From Octopus bimaculoides (lineage: Eukaryota), in contig NC_068987.1 in the NCBI RefSeq assembly GCF_001194135.2, positions 1,296,774 to 1,331,704 on the forward strand: a DNA stretch of 34,931 nt. Reading direction: 5' to 3'. Shown in pieces: positions 11,210-25,010 of this stretch (position 1 is the first letter of the stretch; the number at the start of each line of letters is the position of its first letter). Both the position numbers and the translations under genes were made by a program. The notes under the pieces are model-generated. The model did no database searches, was not told the DNA's origin, and was given only the letters and a program-made list of their open reading frames with translations.

Positions 11210-12300
11210 TCAGGTTACATACCGAAACAGCTCCTATCCCAGTCTGTCATCCCAGTTTTCAAACAAGGAAACAGATCCCTCGCAATGGACTATCGCCCAA
11301 TCTCCCTCACCTCCCACATCATTAAAGTGTTTGAAAGGGTGGTAAGATCAACGATAGCTGGCTTCCTGGAGATCCACAAACTCCTAAATGCAAACCAACA
11401 TGGCTTTCGCTGTGCCAGGGACTGTCTAACACAGCTCTTACACCACACCGATGATATACTTAAAGCATTGGGAACAGATTCGAACGCTGATGTCACAAAT
11501 CTTGACTTCAGTAAAGCGTTCGACAGGGTTGACCATTATATCTTGCTCTTAAAATTGGCAAATGTTGGAATCCGTAGAAAACTTCTACACTGAATTGAGT
11601 ATTTTCTGGCGAACTGAACACAACAGTTTGTGGTTGATGGAGTCCACTCAAGCCCAGCAGAAGTCACCAGTGGTGTCCCTCTCAGAACTGTCCTGGGCCC
11701 GCTCCTCTTCATAATCTATATAAACGACATTTCCAGCGTCGTAAAACACAATAAAGGGAAATATTTGCTGATGACACTAAGCTCTTGAAAATCATCAAAG
11801 AAGAGGAAGACCAAAATCAAATCTATATGCGGTGAGTGAATGGGCAGACAAAACCAAAATGCAACTAAACGAGGGAAAATTTTACCTGATACATTTTGGA
11901 AAAAAGATTGCTGAAACAACCATACTTTCTTCCTTTAGGGAAATCGTTCACAGCATTTAATAATATCAGAGACCGAGGAGTAATTGTTGAAAACGGTCTC
12001 AGTTGGAATGTCCACATCAACAATAAGGTCGATGTAGCTAGCTGGATGAGCTCCTGGATCTCAAGAACCTTCCGGTCCAGAGAACAAGATGTCGTAATTC
12101 CACTTTCTCCTCCTTTGTACGGCCACACCTGGAATACTGCTGCCCCCTGTGGTCTCCTTACACACAAAAAAAAAACATCTCGAAAACAAACTGAATCGCC
12201 CCAGAGGGCACTCACTAAACGAATTAATGACATGGCTGATTTCGATTACTGGGACCGCCTTAAAACATTGAAATTCTACTCCTGTAGAGAGACAAGCGTA
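11210..12300 (+). pseudogene. CR1-clade LINE reverse transcriptase fragment, 5'-truncated and inactivated
   Basis: Translates to DYRPISLTSHIIKVFERV, QHGFR, LDFSKAFDRVDH, SGVP..TVLGPLLF and, after a frameshift near 11758, FADDTKL, then SEWADK..MQLN..KF and a CR1-like C-terminal DYWDRLKTLKFYS. In-frame TGA at 11591-11593 and near 11615, with further frameshifts. Confidence 0.92.
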
Positions 12301-12938
12301 CTGACTTTCGAGGTAAACACAGGTCCAAGATGAGAATCTGAGTAAATCGTCAGTTACTGTTTGATAAAATAAGAAATATTATAATATATTGTCATTTACG
12401 AACGAGATAATATTTGAAGTTTCAACTAAACCTATAAGAATATAAATTGTGAAGGCGAAATACTGGCATTGCATAAAACAATCAATTAGGGAGAGAAGTA
12501 AAGATAGGTAATATAGTTGTAAGAGAATTAAGGGAGAGAACTGGATGTTACTTCTTACAAGTTTGACCTTGAGGGGACAAACCCAAGATCTAAGACTTTC
12601 CAACCGTGACCATACATTCTTTCTTTTGTTTTTCTAGACTACATATTACAAAAGTCACAAATGATTTAAATAGAGCACCGTGTGAATTGAGGGAGATTTG
12701 ATTGCTATTTGTAAACAGGTTGAATTAATCTTTATAGACACCATCGAGTTCATGGAACAAGAATATGGAGACAATATATAACAGCGGGTTAGGAGGTGGG
12801 TGAGTGAAGTGAAAGAGAGAGAGTAAAATGTAAATTGAATGGAAGTGAGAAAGATAGAATATGTAGAAGCATGAAAGAGGCTACAGAATGAGAAAATACG
12901 AGAAGGAACGCTGTGCATGAGTGAGGAAAACAGTGAGT

Positions 12939-12980
<42 letters not shown>

Positions 12981-13946
12981 CGGACAGAGAGAGACGGACA
13001 GAGAGAGACAGAGATGCGTGGAGAAATACACAAGGTAGCTATTAAAAATTACGAGAATATGTGTGTGTGAAAGAAAGACTGTGTGTGTACATACACAGCC
13101 ATGTATATATGTTATGAGAATGTGTGCGTATATGTACGTATTTGTATATATACTATTGTTTGTATGTTTGTACGTATATACGAGTAGAATACGCAAACGC
13201 GCACAGCTACTGACACACACGCGCGAGTACTCACACACACACACATATATATTTATATGCATACACACACACCACACAGACTCACAGACACACATATATA
13301 TAATATACATACACAGATATATAAATAGATGTATGTATGAAGAATATATAGTGTCGAGCACACAGATACAGTGAATGAAAAGAGTGATAGAAAGAAAGAG
13401 AGCTCGACCGCTATAAAGTGTGAGTGTGGTTGGCGTTAGGCGGAGGTATATTTAAGTCTTTCTGATTTGGAAGAAGTTCCAACAGCGGAAAGTTTTGATC
13501 GAAGAAATAGAAGCTAACATTTCTTTTTATGACAAAAACAGCAGGCCTGATGTTCAAACATATATCCCGTTAGCTAAATTCTATAACAGAAACTTCTGTC
13601 ACGTATCACCAATCTATTAAGGACTTGTCTACGTCAGAGAGGATCAAAGAGTGAACTCCGATAAAGACTACACGCTCCGCCCTAAGTCAAATAAGGCTTT
13701 ATTAGCAACGTTCTTAAGCTGAGAACAACTTACAAAGGTGACCTCGGCCTACAGCATGCTCAGCCCACATTGATCTTCTCAAAAGCGTTACCCATAATGC
13801 CATCCATAAAGAGCGTAGAATCCTTTGATTTCTGCAACATGGAACGATCGATATTGGCGGTAGGAAAAATTGCACTCTATGAGGTAATGTGCATTCTTGT
13901 GAGTATGTGTATGTTAAGATACGCACATACATACATATATACATAT

Positions 13947-13985
<39 letters not shown>

Positions 13986-14290
13986 NNNNNNNNNNNNNNN
14001 NNNNNNNNNNNNNNNNNNNNNNNNNNNNNNNNNNNNNNNNNNNNNNNNNNNNNNNNNNNNNNNNNNNNNNNNNNNNNNNNNNNNNNNNNNNNNNNNNNNN
14101 NNNNNNNNNNNNNNNNNNNNNNNNNNNNNNNNNNNNNNNNNNNNNNNNNNNNNNNNNNNNNNNNNNNNNNNNNNNNNNNNNNNNNNNNNNNNNNNNNNNN
14201 NNNNNNNNNNNNNNNNNNNNNNNNNNNNNNNNNNNNNNNNNNNNNNNNNNNNNNNNNNNNNNNNNNNNNNNNNNNNNNNNNNNNNNNNNN

Positions 14291-14367
<77 letters not shown>

Positions 14368-15360
14368 CAGAGAAGGGGAGAACGAGAAAGAATTGCATCG
14401 TATGGTAACTTAAGCACGAACATTTAAATACACATAAACATACACACACACACACACACACATATTTACAGACACGTATATACGTTCATATATACATAAA
14501 ACATACATACATATATGTAGCGTACATCTTGTTGCATGTGTAGAGATAAGATTCCGAAAATATTTGTCGCATTGAGGAAACTTTTAAATCATTTTCTATC
14601 GATTATTAGACTAAAACCAATACTTGCTTTTAAACATCTGCGTATGTATGTATATATATACACCCATACATTGAGTGCATACATTCATACACGAACACAC
14701 ACCCACGCACACATAATTTTAGTATTTTATATTTATCTACTCCGTCATGTATACGTTATATAGCAAATTTCTTCAATACACTTTTTGTAAATGAAAATTC
14801 TCTGCTCACCGATCAAAGTAGACAAGATAAATTATCTCCTCCTAAAAGGGAAGGAGGAGATAATCACCGCTAGGTGTTTCTTTGCCTTCTCTGTCTAAAG
14901 GTAACATCTAATCAATTCATTAATTTCTGCCTTTCCTTTGCAGACACCACTCAGTACATCTTTTCCTTATGTAAATCAATTATATATATACTTTTATATA
15001 TACAGACAGTGACTAGTATAAATTGATAGTTCCTACGTAGATATCTTAGATATCTGAAACATTAGGCGATAAAGTGTTCCCTTGATTACCCTTTGCAGTT
15101 AGGCACCCAAATGCACCCGCAACATCCAATACTGAGTTGCAAATAACAGCAACGGTGAAACGTGCGTAGGGGCTGTTAATTGATAGTTGTGTGTATCCTA
15201 ATTTCTTCACTACATATCACCTGTATATCATAATCCGTAAGTACAGGGGTCAAGTAACCACTATACAGGAAGTTGACTGGATGAGGATAATCTACATGGA
15301 ACTCCAACTCTTACAATAGGAGTCGTACATCAAACTGTATAAACACCACATTTCACATAT

Positions 15361-15908
15361 TTCTGAATGGAATAAAATCCAACCATTTAATATGGGGGCG
15401 ATAGCATCACTTTGGTATGGAGCAGGAATTATAAAATGGCAAAAAATAGAAGTTAAGAAAACGGATCCCAAGACCAGAAAAATGTTGACAGTACACGGAG
15501 CCTTCCACCCTAAGAGTGACACTGATAGGCTGTACTTGGCCAAAAGAAAGGGTGGGAGAGGTTTGATCAGTGACCAGTACTGTGTCGAAGCAGAAGAAAA
15601 CAACGACAACAGAATCAATGTGAAAGAAGTAAAAAAGAATGAACAACTATCACGATTTGAAGTGGAGAAATACGAAGGTTGTGGTCAATGAAGAGAGTAG
15701 ATGCATTTGGAAGTATCAGCACTCAGCTACCAGCATGGCTGAAAAAGATTGGTGCAAGTGTGAAGGTAGAACTACAAAAATCAGCATTGTTTGGAATTGC
15801 AAGACTTCTTCGCAGGGTTCTCGAATCAAGACCAGTAAACAAATGTCTCCTTAGTCTGCTAGCTGGGGACAGTTGACACTTTCGCATAATAATAATAATA
15901 ATAATAAT
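15361..15908 (+). mobile_element. R4/Dong-clade non-LTR retrotransposon fragment with a large internal deletion, short 3' UTR and (AAT)n tail
   Basis: Post-RT motif YGAGIIKW...KTRKMLTVHGAFHPKSDTDRLYLAKRKGGRGLIS is joined near 15600 to the end of an RLE domain (DNRINVKEVKK / NYHDLKW / GSISTQLPAWLKKIG...QKSALFGIARLLRRVLE). (AAT)n follows at 15886-15908. Clade call is from motif recognition. Confidence 0.8.
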
Positions 15909-16559
15909 AGTAGTAGTAGCATGGGTAGTATGATTGACTTGTTGAAAGGGCAGATGAGAAAGCTTCTTTCTCTACTACAGAACTGAAGCAAAACAAAGGA
16001 AGGGATAAAAAGTAGAAGAGAAAAAACGGGAGAAAAAGACGTGTTGGTCTTCATATAATGTTATGAAACATAGGTGAAAGTAGAAATAGGAGTAATTCTA
16101 ATAGTACAAGAAATAATAATAATAATAATAATAACAACAACACTAGTAGTAGAAAGAAATAAGGGAACCGAGTAAAAAACGACGATAAACAGAAATAACA
16201 TGAGGAAATATGAGAAATGTGGTGGTTGAATTCCTCTGACGAATCTCTGGTTTAATTAAAACACATTATTGGAATTAAAGCGTCTTTATTTTAGGAATTG
16301 TACGGTGGTTCTAATATTAGAATCAACATTATATTGGCAGGTAACTGTGGGATATATTTTGCTAATAAGATACTTTTAATCAAATAAATATGTACGCCTT
16401 TCAGCCGAGAAATGGTGATGGGAGGTGGAGTGGCGGATCGGGGGTTAGATAAACTCATCTTGTCACAAGAACTTCACGTACATAGTTTTTTGTTTCTTTC
16501 GTTCTTCTTTCAGCTATTTTTTTGGAATGGCCTCCTATATTGTTTGTCTTTATCATATT

Positions 16560-17010
16560 GTTTCTACAACATCGTCTGCTTCATCTTCTTCTTGTCTTCC
16601 TCATTGTTGTTGCTATTACTGTTGTTGCTCCTCTTGTCTTTCTTGTTGTCGACCGTCATGTTTATTTTCTTCCAATTTATGTTCCGTGTTGTTGTTCTTG
16701 TACGTCTTGTGATTTTTCCAGTTAATTTTATATCTTCTTCTTCTTCTTCTTCTTCTTCTTCTTCTGTTCCTTTTCTTTTCCTTCTTCGTCTCCAGTTTCT
16801 TCTTTCCCTTTTCTTTTTCATTCCCTCCACCTCCTCTTTCTTGAACCACATTTAATTCATTCTTCAACACCGCTTTTTCATTCTACTTCTTCCTCTTTCA
16901 CTTCATCCTCCCCGTTGTTCTTTCTTTTTATCTTCCGTGTCTTCTTTTCTTCGCCGCCTTCATCTTCTCAGCATACTTCTTCATTTTGTCTTTCTTCATC
17001 GTCTTCTTTA
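16560..17010. repeat. Degenerate (TTC/TTG)n polypyrimidine low-complexity tract
   Basis: Directly visible; explains the Ser/Leu and Lys/Glu/Arg-rich ORFs here. Confidence 0.9.
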
Positions 17011-17195
17011 TTATGACCCTCATAATCACTACTACTACTACTGCTACTACTACTACTACTACTACTGAAGAATTATCATCATCATAAGTATCCGATTATC
17101 AGTATTTTTCTTCTCTACCCACAGCTATTGTCGTTGATGTACATAGAATCAAATGAGACTGTACATGTGTTGTTAATAACTGGGCGCACACATAT

Positions 17196-17250
<55 letters not shown>

Positions 17251-17438
17251 NNNNNNNNNNCACACACACACAGACAAACAAACTCAACCACACACATACA
17301 CAAACACTGTACTCACCTCCAACACACTCGAATGTTTTTTGTTTTTCTGTATTAATGCAGAATATGTTTGTGGGAAACACATAATTAGATGTGTGCCAAT
17401 AACTAATTTTGGAGAAATGTAAGCATGGCTACTTGCAT

Positions 17439-17475
<37 letters not shown>

Positions 17476-17899
17476 AAAAAAGACATATCCATCTACCCAT
17501 CTACATACTTATATATATGCGTGTGTACATATATATATTTATGTGTGTGTGTGTAGGTAGCTGGATAGATAGATCGATATAGATAGATGGATAGATTGAT
17601 CGATCTATCCATAGATAGACAGATATGGACACACTGGTATATGCAACCACGTGTTATCGTATACTTTTCGTTATGAATTTACACGTACATGCTGTGCGAC
17701 ATATATACACACACGCATACAAACATTCACGAATATTCACGTATGTATGTATGTATGTGTGTTAATTTATATATTTATACAAACACGCTTAAACACACAC
17801 GCACACACACTGCGCGGAACCTACATATATGTTCAGAGAAGGGATTCAGTATCAACATTTAGCATAATTATGATCATGTACTTCCGTCTAAATACTCAC

Positions 17900-18250
17900 A
17901 TGTCAACCTCTAACGCATGCAATCTTATTGAAATACTTGAACATCAATGAAATAACCAGTATCTGTCCTAAATATTCTCTGAACACTCTGTTACATAATA
18001 TCGAAATCGAACTCCGCAGTTTTACATGGAACCAGAATTTATGACAAATCTTCAAATTCTTTATGAGAATTCTATACTGGTTTGAATCCACATATTTCTT
18101 CATCTATGTAACCAAAATCCAAGAACGACGCGACTAGTTTCTCAGTTTCATACCTTGTGTCTATCTTTCACACTGGAAGTAAGTGTATTTGCTAAGGAAA
18201 ACAAAATGTCGTTCTAGGTTATACCATTATTTTCCAAACACCGTAAAATA
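17900..18250 (-). mobile_element. Possible highly decayed LINE RT fragment (CR1 group)
   Basis: Minus ORF 17903-18103 (KYVDSN...FWF...RVFREYLGQILVISLMFKYFNKI) loosely follows the RT pattern YLE.N.L...QYGF...R..R.LD..G...I.LDISKAFDKV. Similarity is weak and judged by eye. Confidence 0.3.
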
Positions 18251-19303
18251 ATTAAATATGAGCTGTGAAGTGTATCCATTTTGTTATATCTTGCCTTTTA
18301 ATCCCACACCATTCATGTGATATACACTTGAAGTTATTTCCTCTCTTTACTCACTTAAATAGCTTCAACATCTCCCACTCCTATAAACTTTTATCTTCTT
18401 ATCTTTTAGACACAACATTGAATTCATAAGTATTTAATATAAGCGTTTTTATCAATATTAGTCTAATATATTCCACTTCCTTTCAGCCTCCTCAACTTCA
18501 CTTTGAATAAAATATTTATCGTTCATATGTCTTCTCCTCGCTGGTTAAATCTCAATTAATTCGCTCTGACCATCACAAATTAATCCTGCTTCGACCTCCT
18601 CTTTCTTACACACATACTCTCTCTCACACAAACACACACACTCCTCACTGGCCCCTAAATGTCACAATATAACTCCTTCCAAATGTATTGAGTGCTACTC
18701 TATATTCTCTCTCTCACAGACACGAACATCACATTACTGACCCTTAAATATCAATTGTGAATTACTGCTACCATCTGTAATCGTGGTGTGCACGGATAAA
18801 AAATATTTCAAAATACTCAAAGACCGATATGACTAAAACCCGAGCTAGACGTCAACGCTGCATCGCTCGATCCGACGTAGAAGAGTTACACTGGTCCGAG
18901 CAAGTCGCCCGACCGGAGGATGAAACGTCACTTAATGTTTGCCTCTCTCTCTCTCTCTCTCTGACTGTACTTATGTAATTGTTCCATTAATATCGATCTC
19001 CAAAATTCTCTCTATTCTTTACACTTCCTCACCCTAGTCTATTTTGCTGTTTACTTATACCATCAACCCATGAGTTATGTCTATTTATCCTTGAAGCGAT
19101 CTCGATAGAAGCACGAATTACCACACCCACCTTCTAAACTCCAATCAAAAATGAATTGGTATACGCTAGTATGTATGTCTACGTTGGAATATATGCTGTA
19201 ATTGAATGTATGTATGTAAGTGTGTATTTATCTATCTATCTAGATATATATATATATATATATATATATTCACACAAACACACACATACATACACACGCA
19301 CAC

Positions 19304-19346
<43 letters not shown>

Positions 19347-21097
19347 NNNNNNNNNNNNNNNNNNNNNNNNNNNNNNNNNNNNNNNNNNNNNNNNNNNNNN
19401 NNNNNNNNNNNNNNNNNNNNNNNNATATTGTGATATGCATTTGAAAGGCACTTTGGATGTTATATCCGTCAGTTGTTACTAATTTGTAATGCTAAAGTAA
19501 TGGTAAAATTATTTTCCTTCACTTAGATAATTTAGGTCAGTGCTTCGCAAACCTTTACCATATTTTTGGACTAGAGTTTCCTGCAAATCGGTCCTCGAAG
19601 ACGGACATTACGTTTCCGAGGTTTCCTTTTTTTTTTCGCAACGAACGTTGTATCGTGTTCCTTACAACTGTGGTTTATTCTATGATGCAATCCTCACAAT
19701 TTGATATTCCATCAAATATTTCATCTCTAAAAGGTTTTGTCCCCTTAAACCTTTGGACAATTATACAACAACCCAACTGGAATCGTGATCGTAGGTTCGG
19801 ATCCTATAATCCGAGATAATCCGTACACGACCTAACTTTAAATTGGCTCTCTATATGGCCCTATTTAAAATATTAATTGCCCTCTATAAATGCAATTTCC
19901 TGGCGATGTTTGGTATTCAAATAACGTTTTTATAAAACAGTCCAAAGAAATAAAATTTCTATTAGAGAGCTTATGTATCATGTGACGTTTATACCTAAGC
20001 GGATTAAGCATAAAGTAAGATTTAAAAAACATTAATTTTTTCCCAAGGACATAAAAATAACTAAACATCGCAGAAGTTAATAATGAAAAATGCATTTGTA
20101 TAAATGGAAGGAGTTGTGAGTGATAAATAAAAACAGTCGATATTGTTAAAACATTAACATTATAACGCAGCATTATGTAATTCTATAGGAATCTTTACAA
20201 ACAACATTGCTGTCAAGATAAAACCTGTTTCACAACGAATATTATTCAAAAACTACATTGAATTAGCTAAATGCAGTGTATTCTCCTTTATAACAACATC
20301 GAAACAACGAGCAAAGAATGCTAACATGTAGCAACCTGACATGCTAGATCTAGTGGTCTAAATCGCACTTAAAATCATGCTTTTGCTGTAAAGATTGAAG
20401 GACAGTATGTAACGTAGTCTAAGATAAACCTTGTCGGGATAAAATAATAGAAGGTTCTATTTAGAAAATATTTAAATATAGACCGGTTCAACATTGGCGG
20501 ATATGAAGCTAGGCCATAACGATAAACACACCGATTCTTTCCTTCGTATAAAACTCTTATGAATTCTCACAAAAAAGCATTCAACATCAACCACTAAAAG
20601 TGTTCTTAAATGGTTAATGGTTGCTCTTATGAACGAACCCACTTCTCTCAAATCCCTGTCTTTTTGACTAAAGCAGAAACCATTGCTGCTGCTATTGCTG
20701 CTGCTACTGCTGCTGCTACTACTACTACTACTACTACTACTATCCTTGTTTTGATATCTAGTTATTTTCTATGTTTTCTGAAGAAAAGAAGAGTATATGC
20801 GTCTGTATGATCGGAAAAAGAAATGATAGGATTGGGAATAATGTCAGCAGCATTCTCCAAGAAAATTGTGGCATCATTGGTAGAGTGAAAGCGAGTGGTG
20901 TGACCAGTTAAATTTTGAGTTGTGTTTTTCATCTGGCATAAAACCGACGCAATGTTATGGTAGGGGGTAGCATTCACTAATTACAGTGTGTTCAGCAATG
21001 GAGAAATGAAAGTTGAATCTCACTCAAATTGCAATCACACCGTCTTCAACACGACAGGACATAGGACAATATATTGCTCGATAGCTGTAAGAATATA

Positions 21098-21135
21098 GGG
21101 TGGTCATGGTTGGAATGTCGTTGATCGTAAGTCTC
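21098..21135 (-). mobile_element. Short remnant of a dispersed repeat also seen near 12580-12615 (+)
   Basis: Reverse complement AGACTTACGATCAACGACATTCCAACCATGACCA versus AAACCCAAGATCTAAGACTTTCCAACCGTGACCA: 26 of 34 identical by eye. Confidence 0.35.
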
Positions 21136-21305
21136 ATAGCAGAGCTAAACGAGGACTAAGTGACGACAATACGAGCAACACCAACCCACAACTAACAATA
21201 ACAAGAAAAATGGATATCGGCAGAATAACATCAAAGGAGACGGCAACACGCCACGAACGACAACAACAACAACACTAACTACTACTACTGCTACTACTAC
21301 TACTG

Positions 21306-21338
<33 letters not shown>

Positions 21339-21599
21339 GCTAAAACGGGACATAAACTGCTTTGGCTTCTTATTCAGATAGCAAAACACGAAATGTGATT
21401 ATAATTCATTCATGTGTAAGAAAGGTAGAATAAGAGGTCACNNNNNNNNNNNNNNNNNNNNNNNNNNNNNNNNNNNNNNNNNNNNNNNNNNNNNNNNNNN
21501 NNNNNNNNNNNNNNNNNNNNNNNNNNNNNNNNNNNNNNNNNNNNNNNNNNNNNNNNNNNNNNNNNNNNNNNNNNNNNNNNNNNNNNNNNNNNNNNNNNN

Positions 21600-21637
<38 letters not shown>

Positions 21638-22176
21638 ATATCAGTTGGCCATGGTGATGGTAAACAGGGTGAGTTTATATGTTGTAGGTCGTTGTGACAT
21701 GTCAAAAGCAATCTTGTGTCTCCCACTTAACACTAAAGAAATATGTAAGATGTTAATACAAAAATATAGAGGACGTACAAATTAGTTGGATTTTTTTTTT
21801 GATTTTTCTGTTTATATTTTTCGTTCCAACATAGTTGTGAAAATGCAGATGTGCCTCACTGATCAGCGAATAACGTTTACTTCACACAGATACAGAGAAA
21901 CGCATTCATTTCTCATATATTCAAACTTGCATCCCTCCTGTACCCTCGTATAAACACATAAACACTAACGTACGCAGGTGTGAGGTGCAGATGGCCGTCA
22001 ATGTCAGAATTTGTGTCTCTGTGTGTGTGCGTGTGTGTGCGTTTGTATGCTTATACACATACACGTATACGTATGTGCCGGGTGTGTGTTTTACCTGCTT
22101 ATTTATTTGCAAAAATGGATATATATATATATATATATATAAATGTATGCATACATACATATATATATATATATAT

Positions 22177-22273
<97 letters not shown>

Positions 22274-23438
22274 NNNNNNNNNNNNNNNNNNNNNNNNNNN
22301 NNNNNNNNNNNNNNNNNNNNNNNNNNNNNNNNNNNNNNNNNNNNNNNNNNNNNNNNNNNNNNNNNNNNNNNNNNNNNNNNNNNNNNNNNNNNNNNNNNNN
22401 NNNNNNNNNNNNNNNNNNNNNNNNNNNNNNNNNNNNNNNNNNNNNNNNNNNNNNNNNNNNNNNNNNNNNNNNNNNNNNNNNNNNNNNNNNNNNNNNNNNN
22501 NNNNNNNNNNNNNNNNNNNNNNNNNNNNNNNNNNNNNNNNNNNNNNNNNNNNNNNNNNNNNNNNNNNNNNNNNNNNNNNNNNNNNNNNNNNNNNNNNNNN
22601 NNNNNNNNNNNNNNNNNNNNNNNNNNNNNNNNNNNNNNNNNNNNNNNNNNNNNNNNNNNNNNNNNNNNNNNNNNNNNNNNNNNNNNNNNNNNNNNNNNNN
22701 NNNNNNNNNNNNNNNNNNNNNNNNNNNNNNNNNNNNNNNNNNNNNNNNNNNNNNNNNNNNNNNNNNNNNNNNNNNNNNNNNNNNNNNNNNNNNNNNNNNN
22801 NNNNNNNNNNNNNNNNNNNNNNNNNNNNNNNNNNNNNNNNNNNNNNNNNNNNNNNNNNNNNNNNNNNNNNNNNNNNNNNNNNNNNNNNNNNNNNNNNNNN
22901 NNNNNNNNNNNNNNNNNNNNNNNNNNNNNNNNNNNNNNNNNNNNNNNNNNNNNNNNNNNNNNNNNNNNNNNNNNNNNNNNNNNNNNNNNNNNNNNNNNNN
23001 NNNNNNNNNNNNNNNNNNNNNNNNNNNACAACGCTGGCATTATTCTGACGTTTATGAAATGGAGGAAAAAAGAAGTGAATGTGCTTAACGTGTCCCCTTC
23101 TGGACGATAGTACCGAAATGGTGAGAAGGAATCGGAGAAACGCGAAACGCACGTGTATCCAACCGTCACGGAATGTTGAATGTCCGGATGTAGTAGAGCG
23201 CTCGCTTCATGCGTGAGTGGCAAGGGGTGGGGAACTATAACCTGGCGTCCATGTATGTTCGTGCCTGTACTTGCTTCTTTGAGCGTTTGGGTGTATGAGG
23301 TTTTTGCGTAAGTATAAAATCGACAAAGTTATGTAATAGAAATGACATACGTTAGTAGAGAGGTTGAGAAATCTAGGTGTGTTTATATTTCCGTGGTACA
23401 CGGTGTGTGCTTATGTGTATCCTGTGAGACTGTAATTG

Positions 23439-23479
<41 letters not shown>

Positions 23480-25010
23480 AGCATGCTAGTGTCTGTGAAC
23501 TACATAATGTGTGTAAGCGCATTTGTGGTGCTCAAGGTAAAAATGCTGGAGTATTAAGGTCGTTGAGGAACGATTTCTGGAGAGTAAAGAAAATTTGCAC
23601 CCCCACACATATATACACATATGCATGTATGGACAAGGCTATTGTATAAACGAGAAAAGGCGTATTTAAATCATGATTTATTTGAAGAGGAATCTCTTAC
23701 GATTAAGACCCGGAGTTTCACACAAACAAGAAATTTATGTTCAAATATTCGCTTCCAGTGAAGTCTAAGCCACATTCAACTTGAAACGGAAGCTCTAATT
23801 GATAATTTGTGTGGTTTGTTCTCATTGGTCAATGCCGATCATGTAATGAACGGTATTGTAGGCCAATGACTCGACAAACTGCAGCGCACTGCTAGGATGT
23901 TTGTGAAGTCATCCAGTAACTTTTATTAGAAAAGGAGTTTACTCCCTGTCGTTCCACTCTGCTGCGCTCATTAATTGCAATTATTTTAACGGAAAATCGA
24001 CCGAAAATATCCAAGAATAAATAGTCTTGGTTAGAAAGAGTTTGAAGCAGATTACTTTCTGTTTCACAACGATACCTGAATAAGGTGCTATTGAGAGTTA
24101 CTAACTTCTTAATAATGCCATACTTCTTAGTGTCTCGTAAAAAAGCATCGATCTATTCAATGCTCTGTGCCCATATCAAAGATCACAGGATCCCTAAATA
24201 GCACTGGCTACCATTATTGGTATTAGATATGGTAATACCAATTTGAACCAGTCATTTAATATTTTGCATAACCGAAATTTCTTAACATTTCACCGTTCTC
24301 TTACCTCCTTAACCTCTCAACTTGATGTTTTTCTCAAACTCCAGACTCTTCTTTCGAATCTAGACGCACCACCCCCTTAACTTTCCTACCAACAAATTCC
24401 TGATACATTACTCAAAATGTAAGAAATTTAGTTTTTTTAATGTAATACCATATTATTTCTGAAAATTCGAAAAATAAAGCTGTATTTAAACTGCATTCTT
24501 GAATTTATTCAATATGTACAATCCTGTGTCTTTGGATATACATTTACTGGATTGCTGACATTTCCCAATGGTTTCTCCCATTATTTTGATGCACCATTTT
24601 GGTTTTTCATCAATAAAACTGTTGGTATTTTTGCCGTGTATACTGTCATATGGATAACACAAAAAAAACAAACATAAACAGGCAAAGAACGGGTATCAGT
24701 AAGCATAATGGTTGAGTTGTTATAAGATCATAAGAAGAAAAAGTTGTGCACAACATCTTTCTTTTTCTTAAAATCTATTCTCAACTCAACCATTACCTTT
24801 AAAGATATAGAAGTCATAATTTAACTTGATACAGGTTATTTAGTTGTAGTCTCTTTCATTCTGTTTTAAACGTACCTGCTGAATTGATAAAGCGACGATA
24901 GCCAGTTGTTGTTAGGCAACTATAACATCGCTGCTTTTAGCCGGGGCTTTAGCCGGCAACTCAATTCGAGCACTAATTGTATCTACCTATGTCGTTATGT
25001 CATCAGACGT

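Noticed and set aside
12638-12765. Strong-looking acceptors and a short frame VELIFIDTIEFMEQEYGDNI*
   Set aside because: Short, no recognised family, and partly explained by an adjacent repeat-derived T-rich tract. Similar isolated splice-like sites at 14944-14970, 16295-16340 and near 30015-30100 cannot be chained into a gene model.
13696-13920. Plus-strand open frame (..LRTTYKGDLGLQHAQPTLIFSKALP..) with a possible GAG|GTAATG donor
   Set aside because: No recognisable homology; ~75 codons is within chance expectation, and it runs into a microsatellite.
18872-18930. GTAGAAGAG...GAAACGTC resembling a second hammerhead
   Set aside because: It lacks the CUGA core, and stem I cannot form with the downstream ACTTAA.
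24216-24242. Perfect 10-bp hairpin ATTGGTATTA-GATATGG-TAATACCAAT
   Set aside because: Short and AT-rich; plausible by chance in 35 kb.
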